Positions 28,701 to 38,900 of a DNA stretch of 64,000 nt are shown here, piece after piece. The notes beneath the pieces are model-generated. The model had not been told where the DNA came from, did not search any database, and saw only the letters and a program-made list of their open reading frames with translations. The translations under genes were made by a program, and so were the position numbers. Numbering within the stretch: the first letter of the stretch is position 1; each line of letters begins with the position of its first letter. Source of the DNA: an uncultured Thermoplasmata archaeon (GTDB lineage Archaea > Thermoplasmatota > Thermoplasmata > UBA10834); the NCBI GenBank assembly GCA_963748615.1, contig CAVVJQ010000002.1, positions 17,718-81,717 of the forward strand. The letters are read 5' to 3'.

Positions 28701-31065
28701 ATGTGCCACTGGTCATCTCATACCAGTGTTGCCAGTTGAGGCTCATGAAATCCCACATGTCGGGAGTGTACGCGAACCCGGCGATAGATATGCCAATCTC
28801 GGCGGAGGTGTCGCTGACATAGAGAGTCATCGAATGGGGTATCGCGAACACCTCTGAGCCCACTATCGAATAATCCGAACCTGTGAGATCGAACGATATG
28901 TTCCTGGAACCCTCGTACCTGCAGTATACCCTGTAGTCCTTGACATAGATCGGCTGGCCACCATCTGTCTCGAGGTCGAGGGTCACCTCATGCGCGTCGG
29001 CCATGTAGATGTTCAGTTCGACTGTCTCGAGCATGCCGACACTGACCGTATCGGATAACACGTAGGCATCCGAGTAGGTGTACAGGAGTTGATGGCCCAT
29101 CGAATGGACCGCGTATGATCCTGACGGGAGGAAGAACGTGGCCGGCGGCACGGCGCTTATCATGCCCCGGTAGCCCATGGCAAACGACGCATCTGGGAGG
29201 TCATACACCCAAACGCCTCCGTAGGGGTCGAACACTTCCCGTCCGGACATGTCGTACACATGGACGTTCAGAGTGCTCAGGATGACGAACCCGAACGGTA
29301 TGGTCAGATGGCCAGTGCTAGCCTCCATCTCCAGTGTGCCTGCGTAGTAGCCCTCGTCGATCAAGGCCGCAGGAAGGTCTACTGTGAGCGTGACAGACCC
29401 CGAGCCTCCGGAGGGAATAGACAGTGAAACGGGAGACGAGCCTGACAGATCGGTCTGAACCGGGTCTGGCAGAGAGCCATTGGCTGTGAGCGAGAAGAAG
29501 TCGACCGAGGATATCGCGAACGATGCCGACGAGCCGGTGTTAGTGACCGACACGGTCTGCGATGAGGAGCCTGCGAGCCCATAGGAAATGAGTGGCGTGG
29601 ACGAGAACATGGTGGCCTCCGCAGCTCCAGGAGCCCACATCCCGCCAGCACCGGCAGCCCATAGCGATTCGTTGAGCAGCAAAGCACCGCTCACCACCGC
29701 CGACTTCACGTATGATGGTGTCCAATCAGGGTGCAACTGGAGCAGCAACGCGACGGCACCGCTCACATGAGGTGTAGCCATGGATGTGCCGCTCAGGCTG
29801 GCATATCCAGTCGGTGAGCTTATGACAGTGCCTGAGAAGGGCACGGTGGACACGATATCCACGCCTGGAGCCGATATCTCGGGCTTGACATTCATCTCGG
29901 GAGTGGGCCCGCGCGAGCTGAAGGGTGCGAGGTTACCATCGCCGTCCACGGCTCCGACCGTGATCGCGCTCGGCGCAAGTCCTGGTGTCGCGACGGTCCC
30001 CAGGGATGGGCCCTCGTTTCCGGCTGCGACGACGACCACCACCCCGGCATCAACGGCCCGCTCGACTGCCTGGCAGACAGGGTCGTCCGTGCCACCTGCA
30101 CCACCTAGGCTCATGCTGATGATGTCCGCGTGATCGCTCGTGGACCCGTCACCATCAGGGTCCATGGCCGCATCGATCGCTTCTATGACATCGCTCATGC
30201 TGCCAGAGCCGCTCGCCCCCAGCGCCTTGTACGCCAGAAGCTTGGCATCAGGTGCCACGCCAGGCACAGTCCCGTCAGCGGCTATCGTGCCGGCGACATG
30301 GGTGCCATGACCGTTATCGTCCATAGGGTCGGCGTCGTTGTTCACGAAATCGTATCCGCCGATGACCTTGTATGATGGGCCGAACCCACCGCCCAGGTCG
30401 GGGTGCATGTAATCGATGCCTGTGTCGATGACAGCCACCACTATACCCACGCCTGTGACCGATACGCCCAATGGATCGGTCATGACCCAGACCTCGTCCG
30501 CGCCTATCTTGCGGACGCCGTCTGTGCCAGTCGCGTTGAGTGCTAGGTCAGGATATATGCTGAGGCTCGGTTCCGACTGGATCAAGGATTCGATAGTGCC
30601 CAGGTCCAGGCGGGCGGAGAAGCCGTTCAGGCTGTGTGTGAATGTCTTCAGCGAAGAGACTGGTTCAAGCGGGTCATCGTTCTGTGCCCTAAGGGCGGAT
30701 GCAGAAGCATACTGGATTGCTTTCGCGAGAGGCGCGAAGTCATCGACATCATACGGAAGCGAGACGATCACGTCCACATAACCGTCGTCGTCCGCGAGTG
30801 CGGACCAGTCCCATGAACAGGCAGATGCGGGATATTCGTATGAGTCAGTGGCGCGTGACACATCCATGTCGGCACCACCGGCGGATGATAGGATGGACGA
30901 ACTGACGATAGCGAAGGATGAGAGTGAAAGAATGAACACGACGAGAAGTGGGAAGAGCCGCCCGGCTATCACACCCCTCTCGGGGGATGTCCTCAGGAGC
31001 AGACCCCTATTCCCGTGGGCCTCCGATAGTGACGGGTTATCTCTATACAAGAGTGACATCTCCAA
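25714..31065 (-). CDS. giant subtilisin-like serine protease (peptidase S8) with propeptide and a long array of Ig-like domains
   Basis: Catalytic triad motifs VAVIDTGIDYMHPDL (Asp), HGTHVAGTIAA (His) and SGTSMATPHVSGA (Ser), with oxyanion Asn in VVAAGNEGP. There is an N-terminal signal anchor. More than 1100 aa of beta-rich repeats follow (for example AYDLADNTAEDSFAFTMDL). Confidence 0.9.
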   Translation of the reverse strand: MEMSLLYRDNPSLSEAHGNRGLLLRTSPERGVIAGRLFPLLVVFILSLSSFAIVSSSILSSAGGADMDVSRATDSYEYPASACSWDWSALADDDGYVDVIVSLPYDVDDFAPLAKAIQYASASALRAQNDDPLEPVSSLKTFTHSLNGFSARLDLGTIESLIQSEPSLSIYPDLALNATGTDGVRKIGADEVWVMTDPLGVSVTGVGIVVAVIDTGIDYMHPDLGGGFGPSYKVIGGYDFVNNDADPMDDNGHGTHVAGTIAADGTVPGVAPDAKLLAYKALGASGSGSMSDVIEAIDAAMDPDGDGSTSDHADIISMSLGGAGGTDDPVCQAVERAVDAGVVVVVAAGNEGPSLGTVATPGLAPSAITVGAVDGDGNLAPFSSRGPTPEMNVKPEISAPGVDIVSTVPFSGTVISSPTGYASLSGTSMATPHVSGAVALLLQLHPDWTPSYVKSAVVSGALLLNESLWAAGAGGMWAPGAAEATMFSSTPLISYGLAGSSSQTVSVTNTGSSASFAISSVDFFSLTANGSLPDPVQTDLSGSSPVSLSIPSGGSGSVTLTVDLPAALIDEGYYAGTLEMEASTGHLTIPFGFVILSTLNVHVYDMSGREVFDPYGGVWVYDLPDASFAMGYRGMISAVPPATFFLPSGSYAVHSMGHQLLYTYSDAYVLSDTVSVGMLETVELNIYMADAHEVTLDLETDGGQPIYVKDYRVYCRYEGSRNISFDLTGSDYSIVGSEVFAIPHSMTLYVSDTSAEIGISIAGFAYTPDMWDFMSLNWQHWYEMTSGTSTAFMVEASADLQYLLAWEFDSIDSSMPSTLTWDEDDAAVFETKYDIPGTVSDPWCNWGTHKAMGGDATFYIRRDTDTSLNPFFSGLTRTTIVTGTFSELYFPRNVMGGYSERQFFVADYDYVLQAAVAAGIYIPDRNYVTPLDPTFEEQRLGSGPFYPSLFTENTEDTMVLYHPLLRDQSGARVGGTVIPSMNLYRNGGLVGIYQLSEYLARPDAQRVLDLFGEGSYEARISYSPTSEISSNVAMELGFSVPSVDRDPPMVTGLEMSQRFVPGSAVALSLDVIDTMSSVSVAISWRAGSTDSWESLAVSSSGSTYSTSIQTTTATTSIDLMIIVTDSYSNYMSAVITSASLPEIPVVFELAPKTSTVEYRDATVTVVLEGQLTDMSGNPLSPTAAVPIELYSGDRKVAMLLDDYVLGTTHTHDGQILFQWMLNPTSLFTGTGQNVQVTATFDLGIYESVTITFTLTSIMSDAVAPVIELVSPEDGSLIASGAIIDLDVIDDGEVEVLYSVDGGSYVTLAEPWDISTSSWSDAVHSLAVTVMDDDGFTVTASYSFDVDASAPELEIIQPIMASQVPIGFSIVISVSDSHLSTVAYSVDDSDFVTIPSPYVVDMTGWAIGMHVVVATAMDSVGHESSTSVYFEIVNATLVAMLASPEDGSYVHSGTPLQILIYSSGNITCSWSDGGPWSILPTPYIISTEGWDEGAYDISVNAADDIGGSSEFSFSFTIDDTPPEISLIWPEIDAYVTPGDIVSFQVTDDNMDYAVWSVLGISETTSSGTFTVSLSSVNIDGSFSMNVFAYDLADNTAEDSFAFTMDLYDPVTGIVGVASGESIMEGEDMVLQASDSHLKTVTLSFDGGDAVTGYPGMIIETDALTLGWHALVLVATDMSGRITVNELSIYIDGTPPQTQLAGPVEFVTGGTLVLTITATDDFGIAEGVVYYELKDGGYGSIPMTLSGSELTATLPSQVLWDGMDVYVSVYDLAGNCRGERTCIRC

Positions 31066-31260
31066 TATCCTATCCGGCTTTGAGGCTTAAGAAGGATATT
31101 ACCCTGTTATCAATCTGTATAATGATATACTGGCGCATCGCAGAAAAGACTTCCCTCTCCCGAGCTGCAATATCGCATCTAGAGATATGAGTGTTTGGGG
31201 GAAAATAGGTGCCCGATAATTAACGATTGAGAAGCGTACTGACGCGACGGTTCCGAGGGC

Positions 31261-31743
31261 CTACTTGCGTCTCCAAACGAGAAGGCCGACCGCGATCACG
31301 CCCACGCCCAAGCCCGTGACGAGGACTCCGGCATCGGACCCTAGCTCGGGTATCGCATATAAGAAGTGCACATCGACGTCGAACTGGCTCGAGTCATCGG
31401 CGATCGTGGAGTTCGACGCCTGGCCTGCGGGTCCGGTTGCGATCACCTGTATGGTGTATCCAATCTCCCATTCGGCTGAGAGGAAGAGCCTGAGGTATTC
31501 GCCGTTCGAATCCGAGGTGGCCGTCTTTGTGGTCACGATCGATGCTCCGTCCTTGATGTTGATTGTGATCGGGATATCGGGTATCAGGGTGCCTTCCGAA
31601 TCGAAGATGAAGCCGGTGACGGACATCGGATGGCTCGCTGCGGCACAGTTGCTCGGTACGGCCATGGTCAATGCGATCAGTGTGATTGAGGCTACGAACC
31701 CGATGGAGAGCATCGCGGTGAAGAGTCTTCTAAACATGTTCAT
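31261..31743 (-). CDS. small secreted protein with a PEF-CTERM-like (PEL variant) sorting signal
   Basis: Signal peptide, a single carboxypeptidase-regulatory-like beta-sandwich (VTGFIFDSEGTLIPD...SDSNGEY), and the C-terminus YAIPELGSDAGVLVTGLGVGVIAVGLLVWRRK. Confidence 0.7.
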   Translation of the reverse strand: MNMFRRLFTAMLSIGFVASITLIALTMAVPSNCAAASHPMSVTGFIFDSEGTLIPDIPITINIKDGASIVTTKTATSDSNGEYLRLFLSAEWEIGYTIQVIATGPAGQASNSTIADDSSQFDVDVHFLYAIPELGSDAGVLVTGLGVGVIAVGLLVWRRK

Positions 31744-31881
31744 ACCACCCTATATGCAGACATCCTAAAGGACTTCTAGATGCTGGGAATGGTCAAAGTG
31801 CGGACACTGTTTAAATTACTTTCCACGGAATGTGGAAAAGACAGCCAGTATCGGCAACGTCTTCCAGCCAGTGCGGATACC

Positions 31882-32376
31882 CTAGAGTGCCTTGCGCCGC
31901 TTCATCGAGATGAGTGCGACCAAACCGATCAATGTCGCAGAGACGATGATCCCAAGGGTGCTGCCGAACTCAGGTATGGCATATGCGAAATGCACGTCGA
32001 TCTGCAGGACAGGGGTCACGGTTGCCACGCCAGTCTCGCTATCCACGAGTGTGCTGTATGTCGCAGTGGTCTCGACCGTGTCGCCAGCAAGCCAAACGTC
32101 GAGTGGGAATGTCACGTCGTATCTGCCGTTTGAATCAGTCGTATCAGACAAAGTGGCTCCCGTCCTGAGGACTTCAACGAGAACGCTCGCACCTTCGATG
32201 GGCAATCCCTCGCTATCGTAGATAAAGCCATAGACCACGAGCGGAGCAATTCCCGCAGCGGCGTCATCAGCAGCGTATTGTATAACCATGAGCCCGAGAA
32301 CGATGGAGAGAGACACGACTGCGGTCATCCTCCAGCATTTCAGAGTGTTGAGAGTCATGTTGTCACTATCACCCAT
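31882..32376 (-). CDS. small secreted PEF-CTERM protein (archaeosortase substrate type)
   Basis: The C-terminus YAIPEFGSTLGIIVSATLIGLVALISMKRRKAL has the PEF motif, a TM helix and a basic tail. It is a paralogue of 31261..31743. Confidence 0.75.
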   Translation of the reverse strand: MGDSDNMTLNTLKCWRMTAVVSLSIVLGLMVIQYAADDAAAGIAPLVVYGFIYDSEGLPIEGASVLVEVLRTGATLSDTTDSNGRYDVTFPLDVWLAGDTVETTATYSTLVDSETGVATVTPVLQIDVHFAYAIPEFGSTLGIIVSATLIGLVALISMKRRKAL

Positions 32377-32451
32377 TTTATTTCGAGTGTAAATAGATTT
32401 GCAACAGGCGGCTATAAAAACCGCCGCCTGTCTGTGAAAGGTTTCCTAGTC

Positions 32452-32901
32452 TCATCCTGTGGCTTGTTCGAAGTACACTGACGCGGGCCCGTCGAGTATC
32501 ACGAAGTACGCCCTGCCCTGGGTGACGGTGAAGTCACTATCAGAGCCAGAATCGTGGAACCCGGGTATGAAGCTCTTGTACGTGCCCGACTCAGGATCGA
32601 AGTACGATATCGCATACACCCTCGCGCCATGTATCGCATCTGCAATCGAGCTCGCGGTCGTCGGGGCAAGTTCCGTGTATCCCATTATGTTGACACCGCT
32701 GCTCAACGCGCCGACTGCATTCGCAGGCAGATCGCCAATCAGCGTGAACACAACCTCGCCGCTAGTGGTCAGGAAGTATCCGACGCCCAGTTCGATCTCG
32801 AAGTCGTCTTCAACATCGCCTGGGGTGTGGAACCCAGGTATGAAGCTCTTGTAGGTTCCGTTGACTGTGTCGAACTTGCTGATCGAAAGCAGCGTCAGGT
32901 C
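32452..32901 (-). CDS. C-terminal module of the giant adhesin (two copies of an unassigned ~70-aa domain containing YKSFIPGFH), in the +1 frame relative to ORF 32810..39283
   Basis: The frame is open from 32901 (just after an in-frame TAG at 32904..32902) and reads DLTLLSISKFDTVNGTYKSFIPGFHTPGDVEDDFEIELGVGYFLTTSGEVVFTLIGDL...ISYFDPESGTYKSFIPGFHDSGSDSDFTVTQGRAYFVILDG. The ORF track lists only the last 99 aa (32452..32751). Confidence 0.55.
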   Translation of the reverse strand, partial: DLTLLSISKFDTVNGTYKSFIPGFHTPGDVEDDFEIELGVGYFLTTSGEVVFTLIGDLPANAVGALSSGVNIMGYTELAPTTASSIADAIHGARVYAISYFDPESGTYKSFIPGFHDSGSDSDFTVTQGRAYFVILDGPASVYFEQATG

Positions 32902-35900
32902 CTACCGCAGTCGCGAGGCCCGAAGCACTCAGGCCGCCCGCGATCACGAGCGGGGAAGACCACAGGTTCACACCAGCGTCGAGCACGAACTTGATCTCGG
33001 GGTCCGGCGTCGGCAACATGTTGCCGAAGTCGATCCTGATCTGGACCGGTCCCATCGGGAACGGATAGATCATGCTCATCGTGCAGATCGGTCTGGTCGC
33101 GTAGAACCCGTACTGAAGGGTCTCGTTGACCCAGTACGTGCCCGGAAGCAGCTCGTCGAACTCGTAGTATCCGATGTTGTCGTAGTTGTCCGTGTACTCG
33201 ACACGGTCCACATACACGCCCGTGGTGGTCCAGCCCTGCAGGGTTATCTCCCAGTTGCCCAGACCGTACTCGTCATCGTCGAACAGTCCGTTAGGCCAGT
33301 ACGGGTAGTAGTCGCCATAGGTGTCGAGGAACTTCCAGCCGAACACGGTCGCGTACCTCACATTGCCGATGTTGACCCAGATGTCGAAGTACACCATCGC
33401 ACCTGCGACGCTGATGTGCACGGGCATCGGGGTCGTCGGGGCCCAGTCGGGCCAGAGGATCTCGTAGACATCGTACACGCCAGGCTGCACTTCGTCGAAG
33501 ACGTACTTGCCGGTGCCGTCCGTCACGTCGGTCCTGTACACGTACACGCCCTGGTCGGTGTAACCCTCGAGCACGATGGTCCATCCGGACAGGCCAGGCT
33601 CGTCGCCGTCCATCCAACCATCCAAGTTCTTGTCGTAGAACTTGTAGCCCTCGACCACTCCGAACACCGCGTTGCCGAAGCTCACGCCGGCCGCTGTGCC
33701 GCTGAGCATGTCGACCACGACCGAGGCCGGGGTCATAGGCACCCATCCAGAGGGCGCGTACTCCAACCTCTCGGACACGACATATGTCCCCGCTGGCAGG
33801 CCCGCCACGGAATAGAATCCGTTCGAGTCCGTCAGGCGGGTGAAGTTGAGCCATCCGCCCTTGACCAGCGTGCCGTTGATCCATATGACCCAGTTGGCCA
33901 GGCCCGGCTCGTCGCCGTCCTTGAGACCGTTCATGTTCCAGTCGTAGAACTTCTGACCAGTCACCTGTCCGAGCTTGAAGTTGCCGAACATCAGCTGCCT
34001 GAACATATCTCCCGAGATGACATCGAGTGTCATCGTACCGTCCTCAGGCGTCACATGCATCCAGCCTTCCCTGTCCTCCTCGACCACCAGGTACTCGCCT
34101 GCTCCGGTCAGGACGACATAGGCCTTCCCGTCGACATCCGTGTACACGACGAGCGGTGCATCGAAGCACGGCCCTGTGACCGTGAACTCCCAATCCTCGA
34201 TCGGGCGGTCGCCTGCGTTGTACACACCGTTCCCGTCCACATCCTCGTACTTGAACAGGGTGATGTCCACATTGTGGAAGTTGCCGAACGCCGGTATCTC
34301 GATGCAATCACCGGAGTAGACTGTGACGATCGCCCAGTCCAGGGTCGTCGGGGTCCAGTCTGCCCGGGCTTCCTCGTAGATGTAGTACCAGTTGCCCGCA
34401 AGCCCGCCGAAGTAGAACATGCCTTTCGCATCGGTGTGGGTCACATGCGTGCCAGGTATCGAGTCTATCACCATGTAGATGGTCCAGCCTTCGATGGCGG
34501 GCTCGCCCTCGTCCCAGATGCCGTTGCTGTTCAGGTCCTCGAACTTGTAGCCGTAGATGCTTCCGAGCTCGAAGTTCAGGAATGTATGTATCCTGATGCT
34601 CGCGCCCGAAGTCATTACCACGGTCTCGGATGGGTCATTGGTCGCGATCCAACCAGTCTTGGCCTCCTCGGATACCACATATATCCCGGGCCCGAGGCCG
34701 CAGAAGCAGTAGTAGCCGTTCGCGTCCGTAAGGGTCATGTCCAAGAGCATGATCGCGCTCATCGCACCCTCGGGCGTCTCTATCACGCCAGTCGTTATGG
34801 ACAGGTAGATCGTCCATCCAGCCAGAGGTGTGTCGCCCTCGTCCAGGATCCCGTTGCCGTTGACATCGACATACTTGTAGCCGTCTATGCAGCCCAGCTG
34901 GAAGTTGAAGAAGTCCACGCGCGACTCGGTGTGGCCTATGATGACCACTTCGACCTCATCTGAAGAGGTCGGGATCCAGCCGCTCTGGCCGATCTCCCAG
35001 ACAAGGTACGTCCCGCTCGGCAGTCCGGAGAACTCGTAGTAGCCGTTCGCGTTGGTCACTGTCCATCCGGTGAGATACTGAGGCGAGACGCACTGGAACC
35101 ATATGGTCCAACCGCTAAGGGCAGGCTCTCCCTCGTCCCAGACGCCGTTGCCGTTCAGGTCGTTCCACTTCCAGCCGAATATCTTACCCAGCTTGAAGTT
35201 GCCGAACTCGATGACCTGCAGCTCCTGACCTCCGAGCACGGTGAAGTCCATCGCGCCGTTGGTCTGGGTGATGCAGGTCCAGCCGATCCGCTGCTCCTCC
35301 TTTATCATGTAGAAGCCCGCGTGGTCGATCTGGAAGCCAGCGTAGCCGAACTCGTCGGTGTAGTCCACCGCGACCAGCACCCACTCGTCATCCTCCAGGA
35401 CATACAGCTCGAACATCCAGCCCTCGATCGGGACATCGCCCTCTCCAGGACCGTACCATCCGTTCGCCAGGATGTCATCGTACTTGAAGACCAAGACCGT
35501 CACGATCTCGAAGTTGCCGAACATCAGGCAGACAGGCTTGTCGCCAGATATCACAGATGTATCGAGCGTTCCGGACAGCGGGTTCACATGTACCCAGCCT
35601 GCGCGGTCCTCCTCGGTGACTGTGTATGTGCCAGCCCTGTCCACGCGGAAGTAGCCGTAGCCGTCCGAATCCGTGCATACCATGGCGTTGGTCACACCAG
35701 GCCCGGATATCGTGAACACCCAGCCCTCGATCGGCAGGTCGTACATCTGGTCATAGACTCCGTCGCTGTCACGGTCGTGGTACTTGAACACCACGATCCA
35801 GACATCCTGGAAGTTGCCGAACATGAGCGTCGCCGGCTGAGAGCTCGATGGCGTCTCGACCGTCATTGCGCCGCTTGCGGGGCTGATGTGAGTCCATCCC

Positions 35901-38900
35901 TCGCGGTCCTCCTCGACCACGGTCCACAGGTCGTAGTGGCACACGTAGAAGTACACATGCCCGCTCGAGTCCGTGCAACCTGAGTCGTACAACGCACCGG
36001 ACGATGTCAGCAGCTCGAAGTACCATCCCTCGAGCGGCGTGTCGCCGTTGTCGTATACGCCGTTGGAGTTCGCATCCTCGTACTTGAACACGTCTATCGT
36101 GACGCATCTGAAGTTGCCGAACTCGAACACATCGGGCGTATCGCCTGATGAGGCGAAGTACCAGTATCCGCCGTCTCCAGGTGTGATCTGGCACCAGCCA
36201 GCCTGGAGGTACTCAGATATGTACCACAGGCCGCCCTGGGTCATCACCATGGTCGCGTAGCCGTCTGAGCCAGTCACCGCGGTGAGGTAGCCACCGTAGT
36301 CCATCGAGTACGCCTCGATGGTCCATCCGGCCAAGGGTCTGTCACCCGCATCGTATACGCCGTTGGAGTTCGCGTCCTCGTACTTGAAGACCGTGATCTC
36401 GACGTCCTCGAAGTTGCCGAACATTATCGGCTTCAACACGTATCCAGACATCAGCGAGAGCTCGGCGTGCGTGGATGTCGTAGGTGTCCAGCCGGCTTGG
36501 ACCAGCTCGTCCACCGTGTACATCCCAGCGCGGTCTACCACGACCGACGCGTAGCCATCTGGCCCGGTCACTATGACCGTGCCTGATCCGGCCCACGGAC
36601 CTGTCACGAGGAACTCCCAATCAGCGAGAGGTCGGTCCTCTTCGTCATAGTATCCATCGCCGTCCATGTCCTCGAACTTGAACACGGTTATGGTGACATC
36701 GTGGAAGTTGCCGAACATCTGCAGGGGCACCTCGGTCCCAGACTCGATGCTCACCAGGCTCATGCCGATGGCAGGGTTGATCGCTGTCCAGTCTGCGCGG
36801 TCCTCCTCTACGAGGGTGTACATCCCGGACCTGTTCACTGTCAGGACCAGCATGCCGTACTCGTCCGTGTAGCCGGAGTAGACCGTGCCGTCATCGCGTA
36901 CGAGCTCGAAGTACCAGCCCTCGAGCGGGTTGTCGCACTCGTCGTATACGCCGTTCGAGTTCACATCCTCGTACTTGAATATCGGGACATCGACATCGAG
37001 ATAGTTGGCGAACCAGACATCCATCTGCCTGTCACCCGACAGCACCTCGATCTCGTAGTATCCGCTCAACGGGAGTATGTGGGACCATCCGTCCCTGTCC
37101 TCCTCGACCACGACGTATGTGCCGGCAGCGCATACGGTCCAGTGTATGTAACCGTCCTGGTCCGTGTAGCCCGAATCGAGCAGCAGCCCGTCCGGACCGT
37201 ACAGCTCGAAGTACCAGCCCTCGATCGGCTCGTCACCGAACGATGGGTCGTACCAACCGTTGCTGCACTTGTCCCAGAACTTGAACACGACGATGTCGAC
37301 GCACTGGAAGTTGCCGAACTCGAACCAGTACACCTCATCCATCGACTCCTCCTCGAGCGCGACGCCCGAGTATACCCAGAAGGTATAGTAGCCGTCCACT
37401 GGAGATATCATGCACCAGCCGTCCTTGAGGTCCTCGGTCAGGCCCCACAGGTCGTGCTTGCAGAAGGTCACTTGAACCGTTCCGTCCGGACCGGTCACGA
37501 CCTCCCTGTAATCGCCTCCGAGGCTGCGCAGATAGAATGTCCATCCAGACAGTGGCACATCGTCGCCGTCGAAGACACCGTTGCTGTCCACGTCCTCGTA
37601 CTTGAATATGGTTATGGTGACGCACTCGAAGTTGCCGAACATGACAACCTTCTGGCTCACATAACCGGACAGGACATCGACGTACTGGATGGCGGGTGTT
37701 ATGTTGCACCAGCCAACCTGCATCAGCTCCTCCACAGTGTACAGACCAGCGGCCGTCACCTCGACGGATGCGTAGCCCGTCCCATCAGTGACCAGAGTCA
37801 CGACGCCACCAGGCACGCCGGGCCCGGAGACGACGATCTGCCAGCCAGCGAGAGCGACATCGCCCTCGTCGTATACGCCGTTGGAGTTCACGTCCTCGTA
37901 CTTGAAGACCGTGATGTCCACATTGTGGAAGTTGCCGAACGCGGGCACCTCGCGACAGTCGCCCGAGTGTATCGAAAGAAGTGCCCAGTCCTGGGTCGTC
38001 GGGGTCCAGCCTGCGCGAGCCTCCTCCCAGATGTAGTAGTACTCATCGGGCATCAGGCCGCTGAACTCCCAGTACCCGCCCTGACTAGTAGTGGTCGAGT
38101 AGGTGGTGGGGTTCTCGTCCCAGACCATGTAGATGGTCCAGCCCTCGATGCCGGGTTCGCCTTCGTCCCAGATGCTGTTGCTGTTCAGGTCCTCGAACTT
38201 GTAGCCCCAGATCCTGCTGAGCTCCACATTGAGGAACGGATCGAGGGACACATCCGAGCCTGAGGATATGGGCACAGTGTACGACGCTGTCGTCATGTGC
38301 ACCCAGCCTTCGCGGCTCTCCTCACTCACGACATATGTGCCGTATGTGAGGTCCGTGAACTCGAAGTACCCGTCGGAGTCCGTCATCGTGGTATCGGACA
38401 TAGGTCCGGACAGTGTGATCAGCCAACCTGCTATCGGCATGTCGCCCTCGTCCAGGATACCGTTGCCGTTCATGTCCTCGTACTTGTAGCCGCTTATCGT
38501 GCCCAGCTCGAAGTTGAGGAACAGGAACTTGTACTCCACCGGCTCCATGCACATCTCAGGCTCGAAGACTATCTCGTACGGGGTCGTGGCCATCCAGCCA
38601 TCGGGCATCATCTCGTAGACCAAGTAGGTCCCGGGCAGTATGTTGTAGCATGTCTCCCAGTAGCCGAACTCGTCAGTGACGAGCTCGATATACACGTGCA
38701 CGCCATCGTTCCTGACACCCTCGACGACGATGGTCCAGCCAGGTATTCCGACCTCGCCATCGTCCCAGATGCCGTTGCCGTTCATGTCCTCGACCTTGTA
38801 GCCCCAGAGGCAGGAGTATGGCACGTTCCCGAACTTGATGTCCACGATGTCGCTGCCAGAGCAGACGACCAAGGTCACATTGTCCGGAGTCGTGTGGTAC

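Noticed and set aside
32861-38263. Very long plus-strand ORFs (700 aa at 32861..34963, 220 aa at 35321..35983, 520 aa at 36701..38263, and others) opposite the adhesin gene
   Set aside because: They are antisense to a clearly coding, domain-repetitive minus-strand gene. Their translations are R/H/V/D/G-rich and low in information, with no motifs. This is the typical stop-poor antisense frame of GC-rich repetitive coding DNA.
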